Shown here one piece after another: positions 1 to 9,631 of a DNA stretch of 25,743 nucleotides. Each line of letters opens with the position of its first letter. Positions within the stretch are counted from its first letter, which is position 1. The notes beneath the pieces were generated by a model. It worked only from the letters and a program-made list of their open reading frames with translations, had not been told where the DNA came from and made no database searches. Where the stretch lies: NCBI GenBank assembly GCA_037443265.1, contig JBBIOR010000014.1, positions 1-25,743 of the forward strand, read 5' to 3'. This DNA is from Candidatus Fraserbacteria bacterium. GTDB taxonomy: Bacteria > Bipolaricaulota > Bipolaricaulia > RBG-16-55-9. The position numbers and the translations under genes were made by a program.

Positions 1-7
1 GCCCCTC

Positions 8-36
8 TTGACAGCCCTCTCTCCCTCCGCTATAAT
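8..36 (+). promoter_or_regulatory. sigma70-type promoter for hsp20
   Basis: TTGACA (8-13), 17 bp spacer, TATAAT (31-36): perfect consensus. Confidence 0.92.
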
Positions 37-40
37 CCAG

Positions 41-67
41 TTAGCAGTCTCCATATTAGACTGCTAA
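41..67. promoter_or_regulatory. CIRCE element (HrcA operator)
   Basis: TTAGCAGTC-N9-GACTGCTAA, a perfect inverted repeat. It differs from consensus TTAGCACTC-N9-GAGTGCTAA by one symmetric change per arm and lies over the predicted start site of a heat-shock gene. Confidence 0.92.
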
Positions 68-103
68 ATCCGGGATCATGCCCCATCAAAGGAGGGAGCA
101 AAG

Positions 104-541
104 ATGGTGCGACTTCCAGACCTCTGGAGGGAGCCGTTGCGCTTGAGTCGACGCATGGAGCGGCTCTTCGATGAGTTCTTCAACGATTGGCCGTTTGAGG
201 CAGCCACCCTCGGACGAACGGATATCTATGAAAAAGACGGTCAGCTCGTCTATGAGACGGAGTTGCCCGGAGTCAAGCGCGAGGACATCCACATCCGCGT
301 CGAGGAGGATCGCTTGATCGTCTCCGGCGAGATCCGGCGCGAGGAGCAGATCGCGGAAGAGAATTATCTGCGCATGGGGCGCCGCTATGGGAAATTCCAG
401 CGCTCCTTCCCCCTTCCTGAGGAGATCACAGACCCGAAGAAGATCAAGGCCAAGTTCGAGGACGGCATCCTAAAAATCAGCGTGCCTCTTAAGGAATCCC
501 TCAAAGGACGCCCGCGCCCGATCGAGATCGAAGTCGAGTAA
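104..541 (+). CDS. small heat shock protein, Hsp20/alpha-crystallin family
   Basis: ELPGV..EDI, RYGKFQRSFPLP, AKFEDGILKI motifs; GGAGG RBS at 91-95. Confidence 0.95.
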   Translation: MVRLPDLWREPLRLSRRMERLFDEFFNDWPFEAATLGRTDIYEKDGQLVYETELPGVKREDIHIRVEEDRLIVSGEIRREEQIAEENYLRMGRRYGKFQRSFPLPEEITDPKKIKAKFEDGILKISVPLKESLKGRPRPIEIEVE

Positions 542-554
542 AGCAGTCCGGCTG

Positions 555-593
555 GCAAGAGCCCCCGGTCGTGCCCAGGCGGCTCTTTGCTTT
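555..593 (+). terminator. possible intrinsic terminator after hsp20
   Basis: GCAAGAGCC...GGCTCTTTGC imperfect stem followed by TTT. Confidence 0.4.
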
Positions 594-615
594 GATCCCC
601 ACCCCGTTCTATAAT
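587..615 (+). promoter_or_regulatory. sigma70-type promoter for pyrB operon
   Basis: TTGCTT (587-592), 17 bp, TATAAT (610-615). Confidence 0.7.
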
Positions 616-624
616 GACCGCTAA

Positions 625-1547
<923 letters not shown>

Positions 1548-1548
<1 letters not shown>

Positions 1549-2012
1549 TGTCTGAGGAACTGAAAGTCTCCAAGATCCGACGTGGGACCGTAATTGATCA
1601 CATCCGGGCCGGCATGGCTCCAGCCGTCTTGAGAATCCTGGGCATCGACCGTGGCTTCTCCGATGTCGTGGTGGTCGCCATGAACGTGAGGAGCACTCAG
1701 CTGGGCAGCAAGGACATTGTCAAAGTGGAGAATCAAATTCTGGACGAAGAGACATTGAAAAAGATCTCGATCATTGCGCCCCAGGCCACGATCAACATCG
1801 TGAAGGACTATCAGATTGTGGAGAAGCGCGGCATCTCGCTCCCTCAGGAGCTGCGCGGGATCTTAAGATGCCCCAATCGCAACTGCATCACGAACTTCCC
1901 GGCTGAGAGGGTGCAATCCTTCTTCATCTGCGAAAAGGAAAATCCTCCGCAGTTCCGCTGCCATTACTGCGAGGAGCTGGTCGAAGAGGCGCGGGTTGAG
2001 CTGATCCTCTGA
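1548..2012 (+). CDS. pyrI: aspartate carbamoyltransferase regulatory subunit
   Basis: GTVIDHI, KDIVKVE, Zn ligands CPNRNC and CHYC; TGATG coupling to pyrB; GGAGGAGG RBS. Confidence 0.96.
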
Positions 2013-2581
2013 TGCGGGCTTTTTTCTGTCTTGAACTCGAAGCTCTTCTGCAGCAAGAGCTGGATCACATCACGCAAGAATTGAGAAAGACCCGCGTGAG
2101 GGCCAGTTGGGTGAGGGCAGAAAATTTGCACGTCACTGTAAAATTTCTTGGAGAGATCAGCGAAACACTTGTGCCGCAGCTCTCCGCCGCCGGGCGCGAG
2201 GCCATCCTCAAGAGCGGAACCACTCAGACGATCGAGTGGGAACTGGATCGACTCGGCGCGTTCCCGAACGTAGAACGACCACGGGTGGTCTGGGTGGGCT
2301 CTTCTCGCGAGCCTGAGGCTCTGGGACAGCTCGCAACTCAACTGCAAGAGAAGCTGCAGCCGTTGGGCTTTGCCCCGGAGCGAGATCATTTTGTGACGCA
2401 TATCACACTCGGACGGGTCAAGGAGAACGGCCCAGGGGTTCGAGCCCTTACGCAGGCTCTTCGCTCCATCCAGCCCTTTTGCTTCAAAGCGCGCGCGCGC
2501 GAGCTCACGCTGATGGAGAGTCAACTCACGCCTCAGGGTTCGATCTATAAACCCGTCTTTAGGCTTCCCTTCTCGAGGTAG
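2012..2581 (+). CDS. thpR: RNA 2',3'-cyclic phosphodiesterase (2H phosphoesterase, LigT/ThpR family)
   Basis: two HxT motifs (HVTV, HITL), GAFP..PRVVW, ESQLTPQGSIY; TGATG coupling. Confidence 0.93.
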   Translation: MRAFFCLELEALLQQELDHITQELRKTRVRASWVRAENLHVTVKFLGEISETLVPQLSAAGREAILKSGTTQTIEWELDRLGAFPNVERPRVVWVGSSREPEALGQLATQLQEKLQPLGFAPERDHFVTHITLGRVKENGPGVRALTQALRSIQPFCFKARARELTLMESQLTPQGSIYKPVFRLPFSR

Positions 2582-2589
2582 GAGCCCAC

Positions 2590-3015
2590 ATGCCCTTTGA
2601 GTATCGCGAGCATACAGGGGAGGTTCATCTCGTGGGAATCGGAAAGAGCATCGAGGAGGCGTTTGCCGAGGGGGCGAAAGCCCTCTTCAACCTGATGGCG
2701 AATCTCGACCACATTGAGCCCAAAGAGGCCGTCGAGATCTCGTGCCGAGGCGAGAACCTCGAGATGCTTTTTGTGGAGTGGCTGAACGCGCTAATCCTGC
2801 ACAAAGACGCCCAAGGCTTTGTCTTCTCGCGCTTCGAGATCGAGCCCATCCGCAAGACGACTCAGGGGTATGAACTCGCCTCGAACGCGTGGGGTGAGCC
2901 CTTTAATCCCAAAAAGCATGAGAGCCGCGTGGACGTGAAGGCTGCCACATACGCGGGCCTTAAGTGCGAAAAGACCTCTGAAGGCTGTCGCGTGGAGTGC
3001 GTGGTGGATATTTAG
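2590..3015 (+). CDS. archease
   Basis: N-terminal EHTGEV, LFVEWLNAL, VDVKAATY, C-terminal VVDI. Confidence 0.92.
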   Translation: MPFEYREHTGEVHLVGIGKSIEEAFAEGAKALFNLMANLDHIEPKEAVEISCRGENLEMLFVEWLNALILHKDAQGFVFSRFEIEPIRKTTQGYELASNAWGEPFNPKKHESRVDVKAATYAGLKCEKTSEGCRVECVVDI

Positions 3016-3509
3016 TCCATGCGGGCTTCGCCGCGCTTGACCAGGGGATCTCGGCCGCTGGCTCCCGGATGCCTCTCTGTCAGCATCTCTTTGGTGTAGA
3101 TCATCTCTTCTCGGGTGTAGCCCGAAAGCTCATACTCGTCACTGAGCACGATGCAGTCGACGGGGCAGATCTCCTCGCAGTCTCCCACGAAGATGCAGCG
3201 CAGCAGGTTGATCTGAAACTCTTCGGCATAGCGATGGGATTTCGAGATGGGCTGGTCTTTGGGATTGGGGGCGTCCTTCACATAGATGGCCTGAGCCGGG
3301 CAGACGATCTCACAGAGATGGCACGCGATGCAGCGCTCCAAGCCGTCTTCCCAGAGCCTCAAGTAATGACGCCCGCGGAACATCGTCGGCGGCTTCCGCT
3401 TCACATCGGGATATTCGATCGTTATGGGCTTCTCAAAGAGATAGCGGAAGGTGACGCTCATCCCTTTGAGCATGGCCGACAGGCCTTCTAAGGCGTTCTT
3501 CACAGACAT
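3012..3509 (-). CDS. nuoI: complex I NuoI-like ferredoxin subunit with an altered second Fe-S motif
   Basis: TIEYP, FRGRH, ERCIACHLCEIVCP, then RCIFVGDCEEICP (Val where Cys is canonical). Confidence 0.92.
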   Translation of the reverse strand: MSVKNALEGLSAMLKGMSVTFRYLFEKPITIEYPDVKRKPPTMFRGRHYLRLWEDGLERCIACHLCEIVCPAQAIYVKDAPNPKDQPISKSHRYAEEFQINLLRCIFVGDCEEICPVDCIVLSDEYELSGYTREEMIYTKEMLTERHPGASGRDPLVKRGEARMD

Positions 3510-3516
3510 GATTCGA

Positions 3517-4689
3517 TCACCGATCCACGTCTCCTAGCACAGGATCAATGCTGGCGATGGCCACGACGGCATCGGCCAGATACCCGCCCTCAATCAGAAG
3601 GGGCAGCGCTTGGACGTTGGCAAACGAAGGCGAGCGCATCCGTACTCGAAGGGGCTTGTTGCTCCCGTCGCTTATGACCCAGTAGCCCTTCTCGCCTCGA
3701 GGCGACTCGATGGTGACGTATGATTCGCCCGGCGGGACAAAGTGTCCCTTATGCGGATGAGGCTTCTGAATGCGACGATCTTCTACGATCACCGGGCCTG
3801 CCGGCAGCCTCTCGAGGGCCTGCTCGATGATCCGAAGACTCTGCTCCATCTCGGCCATCCGGATCAGATAGCGCGCATAGGCATCCCCGGCCTGCTGCGT
3901 GGGAATCTCAAATTGAAAATCGCCGTAGGCAGAGTACGGGAACGCTTTTCGTACATCATAGGCGACGCCACAGGATCGCAACATCGGCCCGGTCAGCCCA
4001 TAGGCATAGCATTGCTCTGGGGTGACGACCGCCACGCCCTCGTTGCGCATCCTCCAGATGGGATTCTTCGTCAGAAGATCATGATACTCTTCGAGGTGAG
4101 GGCGAAACTCTCTGATGAAGTTTCGGACGGCATCCTCGAAGCCACGGGGAAGATCGCGCATCACGCCGCCAACTCTGAAATATCGCGGGAACATCCGGGC
4201 CCCCGAGACCATCTCAAATAGATCCAAGACGGCCTCGCGGTCGCGGAAGCAGTACATGAACACGCTCGAGACGTTGAGTTCCAGCGCACCGGTCCCCAGC
4301 CAGACCAAGTGACTCGCGATCCGGGCCAGTTCGCAGATCATCACGCGTATGTATTGAGCGCGCTTGGGGGCCTCAATCCCGAGGAGTTTCTCGACGGCCA
4401 GCACGTAGCCCATCTCTTCGTTGGGCGCGGAGAGATAATCCATGCGGTCGATCAACGGAATGGCTTGATGATACGTGCGGTACTCGCATTCTTTCTCAAT
4501 GCCTGTATGCAGATAGCCGATGTGGGGCTCACAGTGGACGATCCGCTCTCCGTCGAGCTCGAGCACGAGACGCAATACGCCGTGCGTGCTGGGATGCTGG
4601 GGTCCGAGATTGAGCACCATCGTCTCTGGACCCTTAATCTCGTCCGTGGGCACTCTTTCTAGATTCAGATCCCAGTGTTCTTTATTCAT
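3517..4689 (-). CDS. nuoD: NADH-quinone oxidoreductase subunit D
   Basis: [33 protein letters not shown]-terminal DPVLGDVDR; no hydrogenase CxxC. Confidence 0.96.
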   Translation of the reverse strand: MNKEHWDLNLERVPTDEIKGPETMVLNLGPQHPSTHGVLRLVLELDGERIVHCEPHIGYLHTGIEKECEYRTYHQAIPLIDRMDYLSAPNEEMGYVLAVEKLLGIEAPKRAQYIRVMICELARIASHLVWLGTGALELNVSSVFMYCFRDREAVLDLFEMVSGARMFPRYFRVGGVMRDLPRGFEDAVRNFIREFRPHLEEYHDLLTKNPIWRMRNEGVAVVTPEQCYAYGLTGPMLRSCGVAYDVRKAFPYSAYGDFQFEIPTQQAGDAYARYLIRMAEMEQSLRIIEQALERLPAGPVIVEDRRIQKPHPHKGHFVPPGESYVTIESPRGEKGYWVISDGSNKPLRVRMRSPSFANVQALPLLIEGGYLADAVVAIASIDPVLGDVDR

Positions 4690-5215
4690 GTTGTTTGGGG
4701 ATGATTTCGCTCGGGAGCTTCTGGCTGATGGCTCCCTTGAACTCCACGGGCTCTTCCGTAAGCGGGTAGTCCTTTCGCAAGGGGTGTCCGATCCACTCGT
4801 CGGGCATGAGGATTCTCCTCAGGTGGGGATGCCCTTCAAAGCGAATTCCGTAGAAATCGAACAATTCTCGCTCGAACCAGTTGGCCATGGGCCAGAGCTT
4901 TGTGGCCGAAGGCAGCAGCGGATCATCGCGCCCCACTTTCACTTTGAGGATCAACTTGACGAGCTGTTCTGACGAATGAAGCACATAAATCACATGAAAG
5001 TACGGCTCGATTTCCAGATAATCCGCTGCGGTTAGATCATAAAGCACGTTGAATTGAAGCTCCTCTTTGGCGAACTTCAAAAGATCCATCAGAGCCTCTT
5101 TCTTGACCACGAGCATCGTCTGGCTGGATTTAAGGACGATCTTTTCGAGGATGGCCTCGGGGTATCGCTCGCGCATTCGGGCCACGGCCTTCTCTAGGTG
5201 CTCTGCGTTCTCCAC
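4682..5215 (-). CDS. nuoC: NADH-quinone oxidoreductase subunit C
   Basis: [27 protein letters not shown]...GHPLRKDYP signature; GTG start. Confidence 0.95.
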   Translation of the reverse strand: MENAEHLEKAVARMRERYPEAILEKIVLKSSQTMLVVKKEALMDLLKFAKEELQFNVLYDLTAADYLEIEPYFHVIYVLHSSEQLVKLILKVKVGRDDPLLPSATKLWPMANWFERELFDFYGIRFEGHPHLRRILMPDEWIGHPLRKDYPLTEEPVEFKGAISQKLPSEIIPKQHE

Positions 5216-5253
5216 GGCGCTTCTTCGTAAACTCCTTTGAAAGGGTTGCGCCT

Positions 5254-5282
5254 ATATTACCAGAAACCCCACGCAGCATCAA
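5254..5282 (-). promoter_or_regulatory. candidate sigma70 promoter for nuoCDI
   Basis: minus strand TTGATG, 17 bp, TAATAT with a TG extended -10; AAAGGAG downstream. Confidence 0.55.
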
Positions 5283-6616
5283 TGATGAGCATAAGGGAGC
5301 GTCGGCCACTGCGCGGCTACCTCCCCAGCCAAGTAGAACGAGCCTGTAATGCAGAGCACATCATCTGGATGAGTGAGCTGGCAGGCTCGCTGGAGCGCTC
5401 TTTCTATATCGAGCTCAGCCTCACACACGAATCCGGGGCAAAGCTCTTGGGTGATCCCTCGAAGCTCTTGGGGATCGATGCCCCGAGGGTGGCCAATGCC
5501 AGTGAAGACGGCGCTCTGGGCAATCGGCAGGATCTCGCGCAAACTGGCTCTGATGTCTTTGTCTCGCGACATTCCCATCAAGAGCACGATCCGCTTGCTT
5601 GGGTAATGCGCTTTCAGCGTCTCACGGAGGGCTCGCAGTGCCGCCGGGTTATGGGCCACATCCAGAATGACCGTAGGGTGCTCCGATAGCACTTCGATTC
5701 GACCGCGCAGGCGCACGCTCGCCAAGCCGCTGCGGATTTGATCTTCTCTGAAGTTGATCTTCAAGCTTGCGCCCAGGGCTTCGAGGGCTGAAACAGCGAC
5801 CGCGGCATTCTTCCGTTGATGTGCTCCTAAGAGGGGCAAACGGAGATGATCATATTGCCGTCGCCAGGTTTCGACGGCAAACTCTTCGGACGACTCTTTC
5901 AACCGAAAATCTCTCTCCATCACAAAGAGTGGGGCTCCTCTGACTTCGGCCGTCTCTTGAATCACGCCCGCCGGGCCAGGATCAGAGACGCCGGAAACTA
6001 GGGGAATCCCCGGCTTGATGATGCCCGCTTTCTCTTGCGCAATCTTCTCAAGGGTGTCGCCCAAGATGTGCATGTGGTCGTAGGCGATGCTGGTGATGAC
6101 GCAGACGACCGGCCGGACGACGTTCGTGGAGTCGAGTCGCCCACCCAAGCCGACCTCCAGGACCACAAAATCGACGTTCATTTCGGCAAAATACGTCAAT
6201 GCCAGGACCGTGATGAGATCGAAGAACGTCAGTGGATTGCCTGCCACGCGTTGCCTTTCCAGATGGAGATGGAGACGATTCATCATCTCCACGAAGTCTC
6301 CATCCGGGATGTCGTGTCCGTTGATAGAGATTCGCTCGTTTAATCTGATCAGATGCGGCTTCGAGAAGAGCCCCACCCGATAGCCGGCTCTGCGCAACAT
6401 GGAAGCCACCATCGCGCACACAGAGCCTTTGCCCTTCGTTCCCGCCACATGAACGATGGGGTATTGCCCGTCGGGATTGCCCAGTGTGGTCAAGACAGCT
6501 CTCACGCGATCGAGATCCAACACATCCCGGCTGTAGCGGAAATCCGCGATCCGCTCATAGTTGGTGAACTGAGCGATATAGCTGTACGCATCGGAAAACG
6601 TCTTAAACGGCCTCAT
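5279..6616 (-). CDS. folC: folylpolyglutamate synthase/dihydrofolate synthase
   Basis: HVAGTKGKGS, EVGLGGRLDSTN, EKAGIIK, LDVAHNP, TGSFYL. Confidence 0.96.
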   Translation of the reverse strand: MRPFKTFSDAYSYIAQFTNYERIADFRYSRDVLDLDRVRAVLTTLGNPDGQYPIVHVAGTKGKGSVCAMVASMLRRAGYRVGLFSKPHLIRLNERISINGHDIPDGDFVEMMNRLHLHLERQRVAGNPLTFFDLITVLALTYFAEMNVDFVVLEVGLGGRLDSTNVVRPVVCVITSIAYDHMHILGDTLEKIAQEKAGIIKPGIPLVSGVSDPGPAGVIQETAEVRGAPLFVMERDFRLKESSEEFAVETWRRQYDHLRLPLLGAHQRKNAAVAVSALEALGASLKINFREDQIRSGLASVRLRGRIEVLSEHPTVILDVAHNPAALRALRETLKAHYPSKRIVLLMGMSRDKDIRASLREILPIAQSAVFTGIGHPRGIDPQELRGITQELCPGFVCEAELDIERALQRACQLTHPDDVLCITGSFYLAGEVAAQWPTLPYAHH

Positions 6617-6728
6617 AGCTGCTCCGGATCCTCCATTTCAGCCATAGTAGCATAATGGGAGATCTTGCACCTCTTGAGCGGGTTATGCTATCATCAGGCA
6701 ACATTTCAAAAGCGGGGTGGATCCATCC

Positions 6729-7211
6729 ATGGCGACGCTTTCCCAGCGATTGCTGAGGGAATTGCAGGAGGTTCGTGAAGAACTCGTCAGCGTGGCCAGC
6801 CGGCTGAAGCCTGAGGAATTCGATTGGCATCCACGGCCGGACATGAAATCTCCCAAAGAGCTGCTCCAAGAGATCGGCACAATGGAAAAAATCTGTATGA
6901 CGGTTGTGGCCAGAGGCCCTAAGCTGGACTGGGATCGCGCCGTCTCCTGGAGCGGGAATGATGTAAAGGCCTTTTTGAAGGATCTTGAGGCCATTCGAGC
7001 CGAGACCGTCCGTCATCTCCAGTCCGCACGCGATGAGGAGTTGCACAAGCCAGTTCCCTTGCCTGAAAACTGGCATCAGTACTTCGGAGGGCCTACTGTG
7101 GAGCCCGAGGAGATCGTCCGCTGGGTTGCGCGTCACGAGTATTATCATCTGGGGCAGCTCATCACCTACCGCTGGCTGCTCGGTTATAACCCGTACAAAG
7201 AGGCATCATAG
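6729..7211 (+). CDS. DinB/DUF664-like four-helix protein
   Basis: DWHPRPDMKSPKELL N-terminal pattern and HEYYHLGQL C-terminal His motif; start at ATG 6729 (GTG 6717 is an alternative). Confidence 0.8.
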   Translation: MATLSQRLLRELQEVREELVSVASRLKPEEFDWHPRPDMKSPKELLQEIGTMEKICMTVVARGPKLDWDRAVSWSGNDVKAFLKDLEAIRAETVRHLQSARDEELHKPVPLPENWHQYFGGPTVEPEEIVRWVARHEYYHLGQLITYRWLLGYNPYKEAS

Positions 7212-7343
7212 CCTACAAACTCAGCCCTGAGATCGCTGTTCGCGGCAGCGATGAAGATCAACTAAAGTGGTGGCGACGGCTGCTCGACTTCGTGGTCTAT
7301 ACGCATAAAGGGGCAGCAGCTGGGAGACGACGTGGAGAAAGCC

Positions 7344-7595
7344 TCAGTCGGGACAGCAGCCGGCGGGAACGAGTTCACCCTCCCTTTCAAGCTTTTGGGC
7401 CTCGACGACCGCGATGGCCGCGAGATTCGGGAAGATCAAGATGTTTGCCGGCTCTTTGACAGGGTTCAGCGACGCCGGGCGTGTACGCCAGAGAGAGAGA
7501 TCCCGCTGAGTGGGACACGGCTTAGTCGGAGTGATCTCCAGTTTGCCGGGCGGTCGCCTGCTATGATAATCCAACGCCTCTTGTTTGAGTACCAT
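7344..7595 (-). pseudogene. maeB: collapsed NADP-malic enzyme (MaeB type with PTA-like domain) relic
   Basis: MVLKQEALDYH..PGKLEITPTKPC.TQRDLSL, then AYTPGVAEPC in a shifted frame after the (GA)5 tract at 7491-7500, joined directly to C-terminal pieces KEPANILIFPNLAA and IAVVEAQ; AGGAAGGGG RBS. Confidence 0.85.
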
Positions 7596-7691
7596 AGGCC
7601 ACCCCTTCCTGTTCTGCTTCCACTCTAGTTCGCCGCCTTTGTGAGCGCCATGATCAGCGACAGCTTCCTCTGTGATTGCGATCAGGGCGAC

Positions 7692-7790
7692 GGCTGCGCC
7701 ACGCACGCCCTGCCGGGCCAGATGCCGCTGATCGTCCGGGTCTATGACCAAGATCATTGCTGAGCGCGTGAGGTATAGCGAGACTGAGAG
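7692..7790 (+). pseudogene. C-terminal remnant of a [NiFe]-hydrogenase large subunit (MvhA/HoxH-like)
   Basis: GCATHALPGQMPLIVRVYD from 7692 (distal half of the DPCxxCxxH motif plus cleavable tail), then KIIAERVR in another frame; directly upstream of a maturation protease. Confidence 0.78.
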
Positions 7791-7791
7791 T

Positions 7792-8304
7792 ATGAAGACG
7801 CTGGTGCTAGGCTTGGGCAACGAGGTCTTAAGCGACGATGGGGTAGGGATCCTAGCCGCGCGGGTCCTCAAAGAAGCGCTAGATGGCCGAGCGGACGTGA
7901 TTGAAAGCTCGCTGGCAGGCCTGGCGCTTCTGGAGTACTTCATCGGCTACGAGCGGGCCATCGTGATCGATGCCGTGAAGACGGGCCGCTGTCCGGCAGG
8001 GACCATCTATGAGCTGAGCCCGGACGAGCTCGACTCCGCTCTCGCTCCCTCGCTGCACTGCGCGGGGGAGATGCTGGCGGTCGCCGAAAGACTCAAGCTC
8101 GATTTTCCCAAGGAGATCAGGATCTTTGCGGTCGAAGTGGCAGATCCCTACACGATTGGCGGCCCTTTAAGTCCGCCTGTCCGCAAGGCTTTCAAAGAGC
8201 TCCTGCAACGAGTAGAATCGCTGGTGAAGCGGTGGCAGCAAGAGGCCGTCCCTGCCCTCGCTACGCGTCTCTACGCAAATCCGGAGGAAAGGAGCTGGGA
8301 ATGA
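7792..8304 (+). CDS. hydrogenase maturation protease (HycI/HybD family)
   Basis: MKTLVLGLGNEVLSDDGVG, IVIDAV, PSLH, LSPPV; ATGA overlap with the thiolase. Confidence 0.88.
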   Translation: MKTLVLGLGNEVLSDDGVGILAARVLKEALDGRADVIESSLAGLALLEYFIGYERAIVIDAVKTGRCPAGTIYELSPDELDSALAPSLHCAGEMLAVAERLKLDFPKEIRIFAVEVADPYTIGGPLSPPVRKAFKELLQRVESLVKRWQQEAVPALATRLYANPEERSWE

Positions 8305-9470
8305 CTGAAGTGGTGATTGTCGATGCGGTAAGAACCCCCATGGGACGCTTTCAAGGGCGCCTGTCTCAATTCACAGCTCCAGAGCTGGGTGCGGCGGTGA
8401 TTCGGGCCCTCAAAGAGCGCAATGATCTTGAGGGTGACGAAGTCGATGAAGTGATCATGGGCAACGTCGTTCAAGCCGGAGTGGGGCAGGCCCCGGCCCG
8501 ACAGGCCTCGATTCGCGCTGGGATCTCTGCAGCTGTTCCGGCCGTCACAGTCAATAAAGTCTGCGGCTCGGGGCTCAAGGCCGTGATCCTGGCCGCCCAG
8601 GCGATCAAGTGTGGAGATGCCCAGATCGTCATCGCAGGAGGCATGGAGTCCATGAGCAACGCGCCGTATCTGCTCTTCGGCGCTAGAGGCGGCTTCCGCT
8701 ACGGCGATCAGAAGCTTATCGACGCGCTGATCCACGATGGGCTGTGGTGCGCCTTTGAGCAGCAGCACATGGGGAACGCCGCAGAGTACACAGCGGGAAA
8801 ATCGAAGATCTCGCGCGAAGAGCAGGATCGCTTTGCCTATGAGAGCCACCGGAAGGCCGTCAAAGCGATGGAATCTGGGAAGTTTGCCAATGAGCTCATC
8901 CCGCTTCAGGCTAAAGATGGCCCCATCGACAAAGACGAGACCCCTCGGCCGGACACGTCGCTGGAGAAGCTGGCCAAGCTGCGCCCGGCTTTCAAAGAGA
9001 ACGGCACCGTGACGGCGGGAAACGCGCCCGGTCTTAACGACGGCGCTTCGGCTCTGCTTCTGATGTCGAACGAAGAGGCCAAGAAGCGCGGCTATAAGCC
9101 GCTGGCCACCATTGTTGATTATGCCATCGCCGGGACGGAGCCGATCGATCTCTTTTACGCGCCCATCTTCTCAACGCGCAAGCTCCTGGAGAAGATGGGC
9201 CTCACAATCGATCACTTTGATCTCATCGAAGTCAACGAGGCGTTTGCGGCTCAGGCGCTGGCCGATGGGAAAGAGCTGGAGTGGGACTGGTCGCGGGTGA
9301 ACGTGAACGGCGGCGCGATCGCGCTGGGCCATCCCATCGGCGCAAGCGGCGCCCGGATTTTGACCACTCTTGTGTGGGCGATGAAGGATCGCGCCGCACA
9401 GACCGGCCTGGCCACGATCTGCATGGGCGCAGGCAACGGGATCTCGCTAGCCGTGAAGGCGGGGCGCTAA
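8301..9470 (+). CDS. acetyl-CoA C-acetyltransferase (thiolase)
   Basis: NKVCGSG, NEAFA, GGAIALGHPIGASG, CMGAG. Confidence 0.96.
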   Translation: MTEVVIVDAVRTPMGRFQGRLSQFTAPELGAAVIRALKERNDLEGDEVDEVIMGNVVQAGVGQAPARQASIRAGISAAVPAVTVNKVCGSGLKAVILAAQAIKCGDAQIVIAGGMESMSNAPYLLFGARGGFRYGDQKLIDALIHDGLWCAFEQQHMGNAAEYTAGKSKISREEQDRFAYESHRKAVKAMESGKFANELIPLQAKDGPIDKDETPRPDTSLEKLAKLRPAFKENGTVTAGNAPGLNDGASALLLMSNEEAKKRGYKPLATIVDYAIAGTEPIDLFYAPIFSTRKLLEKMGLTIDHFDLIEVNEAFAAQALADGKELEWDWSRVNVNGGAIALGHPIGASGARILTTLVWAMKDRAAQTGLATICMGAGNGISLAVKAGR

Positions 9471-9631
9471 AGCGGGCGCTCCCTCAGTGAGAAGCTTTTC
9501 AGACGATCGTCTGCTCCGTCTCTGGAGGAGAGAAGCGTACGGTTCTGCGGCATGATCTCTGTCATGGACGTGGCGTTTGCTATTAGCTATATTCACATCT
9601 GAAAGTCTCAATTGAAGCTGCGGAGGGATGG

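Noticed and set aside
3517..4689. NuoD as a group 4 [NiFe]-hydrogenase large subunit served by the nearby protease
   Set aside because: Both Ni-binding CxxC motifs are absent and it ends in the NuoD-type DVDR
7596..7943. upstream part of the 199 aa minus-strand ORF
   Set aside because: Antisense to the protease and hydrogenase remnant; only 7344-7595 is MaeB-like
9500..9513. perfect 14-bp palindrome CAGACGATCGTCTG (and GAGCTGGCCAGCTC at 12857-12870)
   Set aside because: Single unrelated copies with no loop or U-tract; no function can be assigned
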